A stretch of 64,000 bases of DNA, from NCBI GenBank assembly GCA_021824625.1, contig JAKAKE010000186.1:3995-67994 (forward strand), in the 5' to 3' direction. The DNA comes from Bacteroidota bacterium (lineage in GTDB: Bacteria; Bacteroidota; Ignavibacteria; Kapaibacteriales; UBA2268). Positions 35,277-44,251 of the stretch are shown here, piece after piece (the stretch's first letter is position 1; each line of letters opens with the position of its first letter). The translations under genes were made by a program, and so were the position numbers. The notes under the pieces are model-generated. The model saw nothing but the letters and a program-made list of their open reading frames with translations, made no database searches and was not told where the DNA came from.

Positions 35277-36521
35277 TTATCTATCAGCAGCAGTTTGTCT
35301 GATATTTTTTATTCTCTCATAAACAGTAGGATGGGAGTAATTAAGATAAACATAGAAAGGATGTGGTGTCAGGTTTGACAAATTATCCTTTGATAATTTC
35401 TTCAGGGCTGATATTAAATCCTCGCTCTTACCCGAGGTTTCTGCGGCAAACTTGTCTGCTTCGTATTCATTTTTTCTCGATAATATATTCATTAGTAAAG
35501 ATAAAATAGTTTCAATAGGTGTATAAAGCATTCCAAAGAATATTAATCCTGCATAAATTGGCATATCATGCATATAAAATGCTTCGAACAATCCCTTTTT
35601 GCTGAGGAAAATCGAAAGTAAATAAAATATAACTCCATTATGAATGAAACCAATTAACATTCCATATAATATGTGTTTCATCTTGAAATGGCCTATTTCA
35701 TGTGCCAATATAGAAACAATTTCATTCGTCGTATGTTTATTAATCAATGTATCAAACAAGGCTATTCTTTTATATTTTCCGAAACCTGTGAAGAACGCAT
35801 TGCTTTTGGAGCTGCGCCTCGAACCATCTATTACAAAGATGTTCTTAAGTGAATATTTCACACTCTTTGCATAATCTGTTATTGCTTCTCTCAATTCACC
35901 TTCCCCGAGAGGAGTGAATTTATTAAATATGGGCATGAGCCATCTTGGTGCTATGAATTGAATGAGTAAAGAAATTATTGTCAATCCCAGCCAGCCATAA
36001 AGCCAAGCATAAGCACCTGTGAATTCCAGAACGTATAATATACCTGCTAATATCGGAATACCAATTACTGTACCTAATGCTAAAGATTTGAGTATATCAA
36101 GTATAAATGTCTTGAAAGTGGTTTTGTTGAATCCGAATTTTTCTTCAATCACAAAAGTTGAATAAATTGAAAATGGGAGTGATATGATTGAATTTGCAAC
36201 TATCAAAACACCTATAAAAATTATACCTTTTATAATGCTGCTGTCTGATACCTGGTTTATAATATTATTGAGATATGGGAATCCACCACAGAACCAGAAC
36301 AGCAGCATCACAACTAAACTGAAAATGGTTGATACATAACCAAACTTGGTTCTTACCTTTAAATAATTTTGCGATTTTGTATAAGTTTCGCTGTCGAATG
36401 TGTCTTTAAATTCTTCCGGTAATTCTGTTTTTAGGTTTTTAATATTAAGGTAATCAGCAACAGCATCAAGTATAAAACTTAATATTATGGTTGATAAAAT
36501 TATTATTGCATATTTATTCAT
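35277..36521 (-). CDS. Ste24-type M48 metallopeptidase (integral membrane)
   Basis: Multiple TM helices. LAHEIGHFKMKH (HExxH). C-terminal HP..YER motif. Confidence 0.85.
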   Translation of the reverse strand: MNKYAIIILSTIILSFILDAVADYLNIKNLKTELPEEFKDTFDSETYTKSQNYLKVRTKFGYVSTIFSLVVMLLFWFCGGFPYLNNIINQVSDSSIIKGIIFIGVLIVANSIISLPFSIYSTFVIEEKFGFNKTTFKTFILDILKSLALGTVIGIPILAGILYVLEFTGAYAWLYGWLGLTIISLLIQFIAPRWLMPIFNKFTPLGEGELREAITDYAKSVKYSLKNIFVIDGSRRSSKSNAFFTGFGKYKRIALFDTLINKHTTNEIVSILAHEIGHFKMKHILYGMLIGFIHNGVIFYLLSIFLSKKGLFEAFYMHDMPIYAGLIFFGMLYTPIETILSLLMNILSRKNEYEADKFAAETSGKSEDLISALKKLSKDNLSNLTPHPFYVYLNYSHPTVYERIKNIRQTAADR

Positions 36522-36604
36522 TCTGTTTCCTGTAAAAAATTTCAGATTTCAATTATTGCATAAGCGTTTTTCTTTGGAACTTATTTTCCTTCATTAATAT
36601 TAAA

Positions 36605-37777
36605 ATGAATATTAACTTGCATTTTATTATTAATGTAAATTACAAAAGAAAAATTATGAAAAAGGTAGTCGTATTCGGTGCCGGTATGGTAGGTTCGGCA
36701 ATGGCTCTCGATTTATCCCAAGAGCATCAGGTTACTTGTGTTGATATTAATCAAAATAATCTTCAACCTCTCAAAGAAAAAAATATTAATGTTATATCAT
36801 CAGATTTTAATGATTCCGAAAAGATTAAAGCGATTGCTTCACAACACGACCTTATAATTGCTGCTGTTCCCGGATTCCTGGGATTTAATTTTTTAAAAGA
36901 AATTATCTCAGCAGGAAAAAACATTGTTGATATTTCTTTCTTCCCCGAAGATGCTTTTTTGCTTGATGATTTAGCAAAAAAAAATGATATAACGGCAGTT
37001 GTTGACTGTGGTGTTGCTCCCGGAATGAGTAATATCATACTTGGATATCATAACCCAAGAATGAAAGTCGAAAGTTTTGAATGTTATGTTGGTGGTTTGC
37101 CTTTTGAAAGAGTTTTGCCATTCCAGTATAAAGCCCCGTTTTCACCTATTGACGTAATCGAAGAATACACACGCCCTGCACGTATTGTTATTGACAGCAA
37201 GGAAGTCATCATGGAAGCCCTCTCAGAGCCTGAATATATTGATTTCCCTCATATTGGTACCTTACAAGCTTTCAATACAGATGGTTTAAGGAGCCTGATT
37301 AAGACTATGAATATACCAAATATGAAGGAAAAAACTCTCAGGTATCCCGGTCATATTGACAAAATAAAATTCCTGAAAGAATCAGGTTTCTTCAGTGATG
37401 ATGATGTTGTTGTTAATGCTCAGAAAGTCAAACCTATAGCTCTAACTGCAAAATTACTTTTTGACAAATGGAAACTTGGAAAAGAAGAAGAAGAATTTAC
37501 AGTGATGAGGATAATAATTAAGGGAGTTGAAAATAATAAACCCAAGACATATCAATACGACCTTTTTGATAAATATGACCCTGTAACAAATACATCCTCG
37601 ATGGCAAGAACCACCGGCTACACAGCCACAGCAGTAGCCAATTTAATCTTGCAGGGAAAATACGACAGGAAAGGCATCATCCCACCCGAATACATAGGCG
37701 AAGACGAAAACTGCTTTAATTCAATCCTTTCCTATCTCACCGAAAGAAATGTAATATATAGATTAAAGAAATCGTGA
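36605..37777 (+). CDS. Saccharopine dehydrogenase-family NAD(P)-binding protein (likely start 36656)
   Basis: MKKVVVFGAGMVGSAMALDL Rossmann motif. C-terminal Sacchrp_dh-like region. Confidence 0.7.
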   Translation: MNINLHFIINVNYKRKIMKKVVVFGAGMVGSAMALDLSQEHQVTCVDINQNNLQPLKEKNINVISSDFNDSEKIKAIASQHDLIIAAVPGFLGFNFLKEIISAGKNIVDISFFPEDAFLLDDLAKKNDITAVVDCGVAPGMSNIILGYHNPRMKVESFECYVGGLPFERVLPFQYKAPFSPIDVIEEYTRPARIVIDSKEVIMEALSEPEYIDFPHIGTLQAFNTDGLRSLIKTMNIPNMKEKTLRYPGHIDKIKFLKESGFFSDDDVVVNAQKVKPIALTAKLLFDKWKLGKEEEEFTVMRIIIKGVENNKPKTYQYDLFDKYDPVTNTSSMARTTGYTATAVANLILQGKYDRKGIIPPEYIGEDENCFNSILSYLTERNVIYRLKKS

Positions 37778-37830
37778 ATTCTGAATGTTGAATAGCTGGA
37801 AGCCGGAAGTTGGAAGTCGTTTGAAAAAAT

Positions 37831-38167
37831 GTCATTCTGAACTTGGTTCAGAATCCATATTATCGTCATTTTTAGCAACGCGAAGAATCTTCGAAAATCT
37901 TAATTCGTTAATCCTTGTTCTTAAATCCTGATTGTCATTCTGAACTTGGTTCAGAATCCATATTATCGTCATTTTTAGCGAAGCGAAGAATCTTCGAAAA
38001 TCTTAATTCGTTAATCCTTATTCTTAAATCCTAATTGTCATTCTGAACTTGGTTCAGAATCCATAGTATCGTCATTTTTAGCGAAGCGAAGAATCTTCGA
38101 AAATCTTAATTCGTTAATCCTTATTCTTAAATCCTGATTGTCATTCTGAACTTGGTTCAGAATCCAT
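37831..38167. repeat. Tandem repeat, 103-bp unit x about 3.3
   Basis: Units start at 37831, 37934, 38037 and 38140, with only a few mismatches between them. Each begins with the hairpin ATTCTGAAC-TTG-GTTCAGAAT. Confidence 0.95.
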
Positions 38168-38840
38168 TGTCTGAACAGGATTAAACAGATTACAGGATTA
38201 TAGGATTTTTTTTCACACAAAAACGCTAAGAATGTCATTCCTGCGAAATTAGGAATCAATAGTGTATTACGAACATAAATTTCCCTTCCTTGAGGAAGGG
38301 TTTGGGTAGGTGTATAAATTTAAAACCATTTCAAAACCATTTTCTTTTTATATCAATCCTTCCAGTTTATCTTTGTCCCGCCTGTTCTTTGAAATCGCCT
38401 TGTTAGAAGTCCCTCTCCTCTTGTAGAGGGATTTAGGGTGAGGTAATAATTCATTGAAAATTCTAAATTTAAAATTTAAAATTGAGCAGATTGTTTCTCT
38501 TTTGGTGCATAAATTTTAATACACACAGCTACATTCAAACTATTAATAAATAAAGAATTAAAACATGATTTTGGGCAATGAAAAAATCATGTCAAACCTG
38601 CTCAAAATGCCCAATTCTGCCCAATTTCGGCTCAATATAACCAAAAAACTCTGCGCCTTTGCTGCTCTGCGTGAAAAAAAATCCTGCAATCCATTAATCA
38701 TATAAATCCTGTTCAGACACATTGCGTTTTTTTACGAGAAAAAAATCCTGTATTCCTTTAATCTCCTTAATCCTTTTCAGACAATGTTGAGATCCTTCGG
38801 CAACGCTCAGCATGACAATTCAATTATCAATTTTCAATTA
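38168..38840. repeat. Non-coding tract packed with dispersed REP-like modules
   Basis: Contains GTCATTCCTGCGAAATTAGGAATC, CCCTTCCTTGAGGAAGGG, CCCTCT..AGAGGG, AATCCTGTTCAGAC modules, the inverted GTCATGCTGAGCGTTGCCGAAGGATCTC, and a (CAATTAT)n tail. No credible ORF. Confidence 0.7.
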
Positions 38841-40355
38841 TCAATTATCAATTAATTTCCCGTTGATAAAAGTTGCAACCGCTTTTGTTTTTGCAATGTC
38901 ATTTTCATTACAGACTAGTAAATTATTATTGAGAATAGTTAAATCAGCAGTCATGTCAACCAGATTTTCAGAATATTGAAAATCATTATCAAAAATTTGA
39001 TGAGGCGCGATGCAATAAGCTTCCAATGCTTCAATTCGGCTTAGTCTTTCTTCAGGATACCAACTATCATTTCTGTCGAAAGGAATTCTTCTGACAAAAG
39101 CATCAATTCCTATAAATGGATTATGACTTTCTATCGGAAAATCAGAACCTGCGGCTAATCTTCCTCCACTATTCAAAATGGATTTCCATGGATAAGCATA
39201 TTTGCAATTATCTCCAAGCCGTTTCTCCGCCATCGGTGCATCGCTGAGACAATGTATCGGTTGAATAGAAGTAATAATATTATCATGTTCCAAATATTTC
39301 AAATCTTCAGTTCGAATCGTTTGTGCATGTTCCAGCCGCAGTATTGAATCTTTATTTGTAATACCTTCTTTTATCAATCTTGAATATGTCTTCAACACCA
39401 TCGAATTTGCTCCATCACCGATAGCATGTGTTGCAATATGAAATCCTTTTTCCAAGCCAATTTTGGCTTTTTGAAATAACTCATCCGGCTCGATTAGTAA
39501 TAGTCCTTTTGTATCGGAATCATTGTATTTGTCAAACATTGCCGCACCTCTCGAACCGAGAGCTCCATCAGCATAAAATTTCAATCCGCAAATTGAAAAG
39601 TTATTGAAAGTTGAGGGTAAATAATCATAATTCTTCCATTCGTCTTTTTGAGATGATAAGTAAGATTTAATTTTTATCGGAAGTTTATTTTCTCTGTCAA
39701 GTTCAATAAAAACTTTTACGTTTTCGGGATGCAAATCAGCTTCATGCACTTGAGTCAACCCATGAGATGCAAGATTATGACATGCTTTTAAAATCAGTTC
39801 ACTTAATTGTTCTTTCTCATACTTTGGAATATTTTTCTTTACCAAATCCATGGCATTGTCAATCAAAACCCCTGTTGGATTGCCGCTTTTATCTTTAATT
39901 ATCATTCCACCTTTTGGGTCTTGTGTGAATTTGTCCACTCCGGCAAGTTGTAAGGCTTTTGAGTTCACCCATGCTGAATGCCCGTCAACTCTTGAAAGAT
40001 AAACAGGAATATCGGGATAATAAAAATCAAGAATATTTAAGTCGGGAAATGTTTGAGTTGCCCATAACTCCTCATTCCACCCTCTCCCTGTCAGCCATAT
40101 ACCTCTAAACCCCGGATTCAGTAAAGACCATTCAATACATTCTTCAGCACTTCTGCATTTGCTTAAGTCAAGTTCAGACAGCTTTGAACCAAGTGCCGCA
40201 ACATGTCCATGGCAATCCACAAATCCGGGATAAGCCCAGGCATTTTTAAATTCTGCGAAAGTATTATCATTAATAATTATGACACTACCCGGAATCCATT
40301 CAATTGATTCAATCCTGTTTTTCTTTAATATTATTTTACCCTGAAATGGTTTCAT
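38841..40355 (-). CDS. Amidohydrolase-family metal-dependent hydrolase (Amidohydro_3-like)
   Basis: PGFVDCHGHV metal-binding HxH. HAIGD. Distal GSDFP. 504 aa. Confidence 0.75.
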   Translation of the reverse strand: MKPFQGKIILKKNRIESIEWIPGSVIIINDNTFAEFKNAWAYPGFVDCHGHVAALGSKLSELDLSKCRSAEECIEWSLLNPGFRGIWLTGRGWNEELWATQTFPDLNILDFYYPDIPVYLSRVDGHSAWVNSKALQLAGVDKFTQDPKGGMIIKDKSGNPTGVLIDNAMDLVKKNIPKYEKEQLSELILKACHNLASHGLTQVHEADLHPENVKVFIELDRENKLPIKIKSYLSSQKDEWKNYDYLPSTFNNFSICGLKFYADGALGSRGAAMFDKYNDSDTKGLLLIEPDELFQKAKIGLEKGFHIATHAIGDGANSMVLKTYSRLIKEGITNKDSILRLEHAQTIRTEDLKYLEHDNIITSIQPIHCLSDAPMAEKRLGDNCKYAYPWKSILNSGGRLAAGSDFPIESHNPFIGIDAFVRRIPFDRNDSWYPEERLSRIEALEAYCIAPHQIFDNDFQYSENLVDMTADLTILNNNLLVCNENDIAKTKAVATFINGKLIDN

Positions 40356-40374
40356 ATTTCAATTGCTTTTTTAC

Positions 40375-40408
40375 ATAAAAAAAGCCGGTGAAATAAAATA
40401 CCGGCTTT
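40375..40408 (-). terminator. Rho-independent terminator downstream of the ferredoxin gene
   Basis: On the minus strand, AAAGCCGG-12 nt loop-CCGGCTTT is followed by a T run. Confidence 0.7.
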
Positions 40409-40442
40409 AACAATAAATTAGTTAATTGACAATGCAAATTTC

Positions 40443-40649
<207 letters not shown>

Positions 40650-40731
40650 CTATTAAATCATTAAACAATTGCAATTATTCATATTTTAAAAATCAAACTT
40701 AATTATTTTTTTCCTGTTAAAAAAACATATT

Positions 40732-41562
40732 TCAAGTTTTATCGAATAGTTGGTACCAGTCTATTGAAGGTGCTAAATGTTTACTGTCCATATGTGTAGC
40801 TATTGAAGGCACAGGAATCCATAACTTCCACCTTTTTCCAAAGAGTAATTGATTCCGGTTATGGATCCACCCTTTAACGAATACTTTTGCCATCCGCTTG
40901 TCAATAAATAAGTATTTAAAAAAATTCAGGGGATTTAACAGTTTGTAATTAGTCAGACTGAGCCACAGGCTTGTATCATAATTTTTTCTTGTATAAGTTC
41001 TGAATGTCTTCTCATTTTCTATCATTATTTTTTTGGTAGTCAGAAATGTCATGCAGGTAGTTGCTCCGGTTCTCCACTTTTTATTTGAAAAGGACTTTAC
41101 TTCATATTTATTATTATGTATGTGATATTCATAATAATCAGGATGGTTGTATGGAGAAACAAAATGGACATCTTCATTGTTTTTCATAAAATCAATAAGT
41201 TCGTAAAAATGGTCTGGTAGATAAAAATAATCATCTTCGGCAAAGTAAATATATTCGGAATCATTCTGTTTGAGCAATAAATCCATTTGTTTTGCAAATG
41301 TTTCTGAATTACCAACACCAGGCAGGTTAATAAATTCAATGCCATCATCAGGAATATATTTTTTAAATAAATCAGTATATTCATCGGGACAATTATCAAG
41401 AATAATCCAAAATTTAACTTTCATTGTGCCTAATGATTTAATAAATGATTTAAGGCATAATTCGGATAATTTGTATTTGTCATCTGCAAAAACAGGAGGT
41501 GTTTTGGAAACTTTAGGATAAATCCTATAAGCTACTGCGAGGTCATACTTTGTTTCAGCCAT
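40732..41562 (-). CDS. Putative GT-A-fold glycosyltransferase
   Basis: YIYFAEDDYFY (DxD-like) after a Rossmann-like N-terminus. Family assignment is tentative. Confidence 0.4.
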   Translation of the reverse strand: MAETKYDLAVAYRIYPKVSKTPPVFADDKYKLSELCLKSFIKSLGTMKVKFWIILDNCPDEYTDLFKKYIPDDGIEFINLPGVGNSETFAKQMDLLLKQNDSEYIYFAEDDYFYLPDHFYELIDFMKNNEDVHFVSPYNHPDYYEYHIHNNKYEVKSFSNKKWRTGATTCMTFLTTKKIMIENEKTFRTYTRKNYDTSLWLSLTNYKLLNPLNFFKYLFIDKRMAKVFVKGWIHNRNQLLFGKRWKLWIPVPSIATHMDSKHLAPSIDWYQLFDKT

Positions 41563-41569
41563 AGCACAA

Positions 41570-42775
41570 TTAATTATCTATTCCGTAATCATCAAGTTTC
41601 CTGTAAAGGGTTCTCTCGCTGATGCCGAGTGCCTGTGCGGCTTGGCGGCGATTACCGTTAAATCTGTCCAAAGCAATAGTAATTAGTTTCTTCTCCATAT
41701 CCTCCAAACGAATAATATTATCTTCAATCTTAAAATCATCCTTGTCATCCGTATATGAAATTACAGGTTCAGGCATTAAAATTTTATCTTTTAAGTCTTC
41801 AAGTTTAGCATTTAATGTTATGAAATATCTTTTCAAATCAGTTATGTCATTTTTTATTTCGAGTAAAGTCCTGAAAATCAGTTCCAGCTCGATATTTCTC
41901 GGTTCGGCATACTCCCTTAACGGTATCATTGAAACTTCTGTCGCAAGGGGTTCTCTGCTTCCGGGTGGCAGGGCAGGAGCTATATGCCTTCTCAATACAT
42001 CAGGAGAAATATATGTTGCCTGTTCGAGTGTAATCAATGTCTCAATAAGATTTCTAAGTTCTCTGACATTTCCAGCCCAGTTCATTCCCTGGAGTATTTT
42101 AACTGCATCATCAGAAATACCGTCATATTTCAGGGATAATTTATCCGATACTTTTTGAGCAAAATATTCAACTAATAAAGGAATGTCTTCAATATGTTGA
42201 CGTAATGAGGGAAGTTCAATCTTAACGGAATTTAAACGGAAGAATAAATCTTGTCTGAAGTTTCCTTCCCTTACTTCATAAGTGAGGTCTCTGTTCGTTG
42301 CAGCAATTACCCTGACGTCAACTTTTCTCAATGCTGAAGAACCGAGTCTGGAAAATTCTCCTGACTCGAGAATACGAAGTAGTTTCACCTGCGTTCCAAC
42401 CGGCATCTCACCGATTTCATCCAGAAAAATAGTTCCTTTGTCTGCTGACTCGAAAAACCCTTTTCTTTGTTCAATAGCTCCTGTAAAAGCACCTTTTTCA
42501 TGTCCGAAAAGTTCGGACTCAAGTAAAGTTTCAGGTATAGCTCCACAATTAACACTTATAAATGAGGATTTATTTCTGTTGCTTAATCCATGAAGTGCTT
42601 TAGCAAAAATCTCTTTGCCTGTTCCTGTCTCACCTGTTATTAATACTGTTAAATCGGTAGGTGCCGCCTGAACTAACTTTTGAATAACTTCAGTCATGAG
42701 CCTGGATTTCCCAATGATTCCATACCTCATCTGAAGCATATTATAAATATTTTTATCGCTGCTTATATTATTCAT
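41570..42775 (-). CDS. Sigma-54-dependent transcriptional activator (AAA+ + Fis-type HTH, no N-terminal sensor domain)
   Basis: Walker A GETGTGKE, GAFTGA loop (EKGAFTGA), and C-terminal RRQAAQALGISERTLYRKL. Confidence 0.9.
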   Translation of the reverse strand: MNNISSDKNIYNMLQMRYGIIGKSRLMTEVIQKLVQAAPTDLTVLITGETGTGKEIFAKALHGLSNRNKSSFISVNCGAIPETLLESELFGHEKGAFTGAIEQRKGFFESADKGTIFLDEIGEMPVGTQVKLLRILESGEFSRLGSSALRKVDVRVIAATNRDLTYEVREGNFRQDLFFRLNSVKIELPSLRQHIEDIPLLVEYFAQKVSDKLSLKYDGISDDAVKILQGMNWAGNVRELRNLIETLITLEQATYISPDVLRRHIAPALPPGSREPLATEVSMIPLREYAEPRNIELELIFRTLLEIKNDITDLKRYFITLNAKLEDLKDKILMPEPVISYTDDKDDFKIEDNIIRLEDMEKKLITIALDRFNGNRRQAAQALGISERTLYRKLDDYGIDN

Positions 42776-42927
42776 GTTTTCTCGCAGTTACATTTTACAG
42801 GTGCTGCTTAATTAAAATTATAAATTACAAAAATAAATTACAACATTTATGGGGTAAAAATATGTGTATGCCCGGCAACTGTTTATGTCCTTTTTTACGT
42901 TATTAAATCCAAATTTGCGGGTGAAAA

Positions 42928-43527
42928 TTATAATTGATGATTTTTCAGCCATTCTTCCCAGCCCCCGGAATATAAAAATACACGCTGAAAGCCAAAGCTA
43001 AGCATAATGTTAATAACATCATGGCTAAGGTCGCAGGTGCCGCCGTCACAATACACAACATAAGTTTTATCTCTGTCGAGTGAAGCAATTTTTCCAATAT
43101 GTGCATCCCCCTCCTCATAAGGATATATGTTTATTGCTTTGCCAATGTGAGCTTTGGTGTAATTATCAGGATTTCGTGCATCAATGAAGATAACATCATG
43201 CCTGCCAAGTAGTTTAACAACCTGTTGATATGTAATTTGTTTAATCCCATCAATTGCTTTTGTGGATTTTATTGTATCTTTATTAACAATATTATTATCG
43301 GTTGTTACTTTTTTTGATGTATCATTTACAACAACAATACTATCTTTGATTTTGACTGAATCAGTGTTTTTTTGTAAGCCGCCGAATAAGACAGAGTCAC
43401 TCACAAATATGTTCTCTTTACCATTTGGAATCAATGGAAGAGGCTTATCCGAAAAGAAATTATACACGAGTCCAAGCAAACAAGCCAGACAAACTATTAT
43501 TATTACTTCTTTAAATGTTTTATTCAT
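42928..43527 (-). CDS. Membrane-anchored rhodanese-domain protein
   Basis: N-terminal TM helix. VIFIDARNPDNY...VVYCDGGTCDLS active-site loop. Confidence 0.7.
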   Translation of the reverse strand: MNKTFKEVIIIVCLACLLGLVYNFFSDKPLPLIPNGKENIFVSDSVLFGGLQKNTDSVKIKDSIVVVNDTSKKVTTDNNIVNKDTIKSTKAIDGIKQITYQQVVKLLGRHDVIFIDARNPDNYTKAHIGKAINIYPYEEGDAHIGKIASLDRDKTYVVYCDGGTCDLSHDVINIMLSFGFQRVFLYSGGWEEWLKNHQL

Positions 43528-43612
43528 ATATTTTTTTGAATCCTCGGTCCATTTACAAAAATTATCAATTCATTATGTTATACTGACACTCAGGCTTGCC
43601 TCTGTATCCTGC

Positions 43613-43726
43613 ATTTTACATTTTACATTTTGCATTTTACATTTTGGATTTTACATTTTACATTTTGGATTTTGGATTTTACATTTTACATTTTTCAATT
43701 ATCAATTATCAATTATCAATTAATTA
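43613..43726. repeat. 7-bp-period microsatellite: (ATTTTAC/ATTTTGC/ATTTTGG) x about 12, then (AATTATC) x3-4
   Basis: Read directly from the sequence. The distal end supplies the stop codon of the J-domain gene. Confidence 0.9.
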
Positions 43727-44184
43727 AATCCCCTATAATTCTTAATCATATCATAAGCTTTATTTATTTGTTGAGTTTTTTGTTCCGCTAATTGTTTCAA
43801 CTCAACGCCGAGGCTCGCAACCCTGTCAGGATGATATTCCTTGACCTTCTGCTTATATGCTGATTTTATCTCTTCAATTGTTACACTTGAATTTATGCTT
43901 AGAGTAGCGTATGCATCATCTATTGTAAAGACTTTTTTTTCATTATTTTGGGCATCATTATTTTTTGTGTTATAACCCGGTTGTTCTTTACTTGTTTTGT
44001 CTTTATTAAGCTCATCTATTATTTTCTTTAATTCCTCATCTGAATCATCAAGGTATGGATGTGTAGCGACAGAACCAAGGTCTGTCTCCACAACATCTTT
44101 GATCTCAGATTTTATAAACCGTGATATTCTATTAAAAAGCTGTCCCAATGTATATTGTTTTAAATTAAATATTAAAAAAACCAA
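43720..44184 (-). CDS. J-domain protein (C-terminal DnaJ domain)
   Basis: IEEIKSAYKQKVKEYHPDRV (HPD motif). Confidence 0.75.
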   Translation of the reverse strand: MVFLIFNLKQYTLGQLFNRISRFIKSEIKDVVETDLGSVATHPYLDDSDEELKKIIDELNKDKTSKEQPGYNTKNNDAQNNEKKVFTIDDAYATLSINSSVTIEEIKSAYKQKVKEYHPDRVASLGVELKQLAEQKTQQINKAYDMIKNYRGFN

Positions 44185-44251
44185 GTATTTGCTAACAGAA
44201 GACGAAATTGGATAATTTTATTTATATAAGTCTGTACAAGCTATTAAAAAG

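Noticed and set aside
37831-38167. Possible CRISPR array (regularly spaced repeats containing a hairpin)
   Set aside because: The 103-bp units are contiguous and near-identical along their whole length, with no unique spacers. The unit is far longer than a CRISPR repeat. No cas genes are present in the window.
38038-38259. 73-aa minus-strand ORF
   Set aside because: It lies entirely within the 103-bp tandem repeat and REP-like modules. Translation of such palindromic elements is a well-known source of spurious ORFs.
41622-42158. 178-aa plus-strand ORF
   Set aside because: Antisense to the sigma-54 activator, which has unambiguous Walker A, GAFTGA and HTH motifs.
43262-43723. 153-aa plus-strand ORF
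   Set aside because: Antisense to the rhodanese gene, and it then reads through the heptamer microsatellite (CILHFTFCILHFGFYILHF...). An artefact of the repeat.
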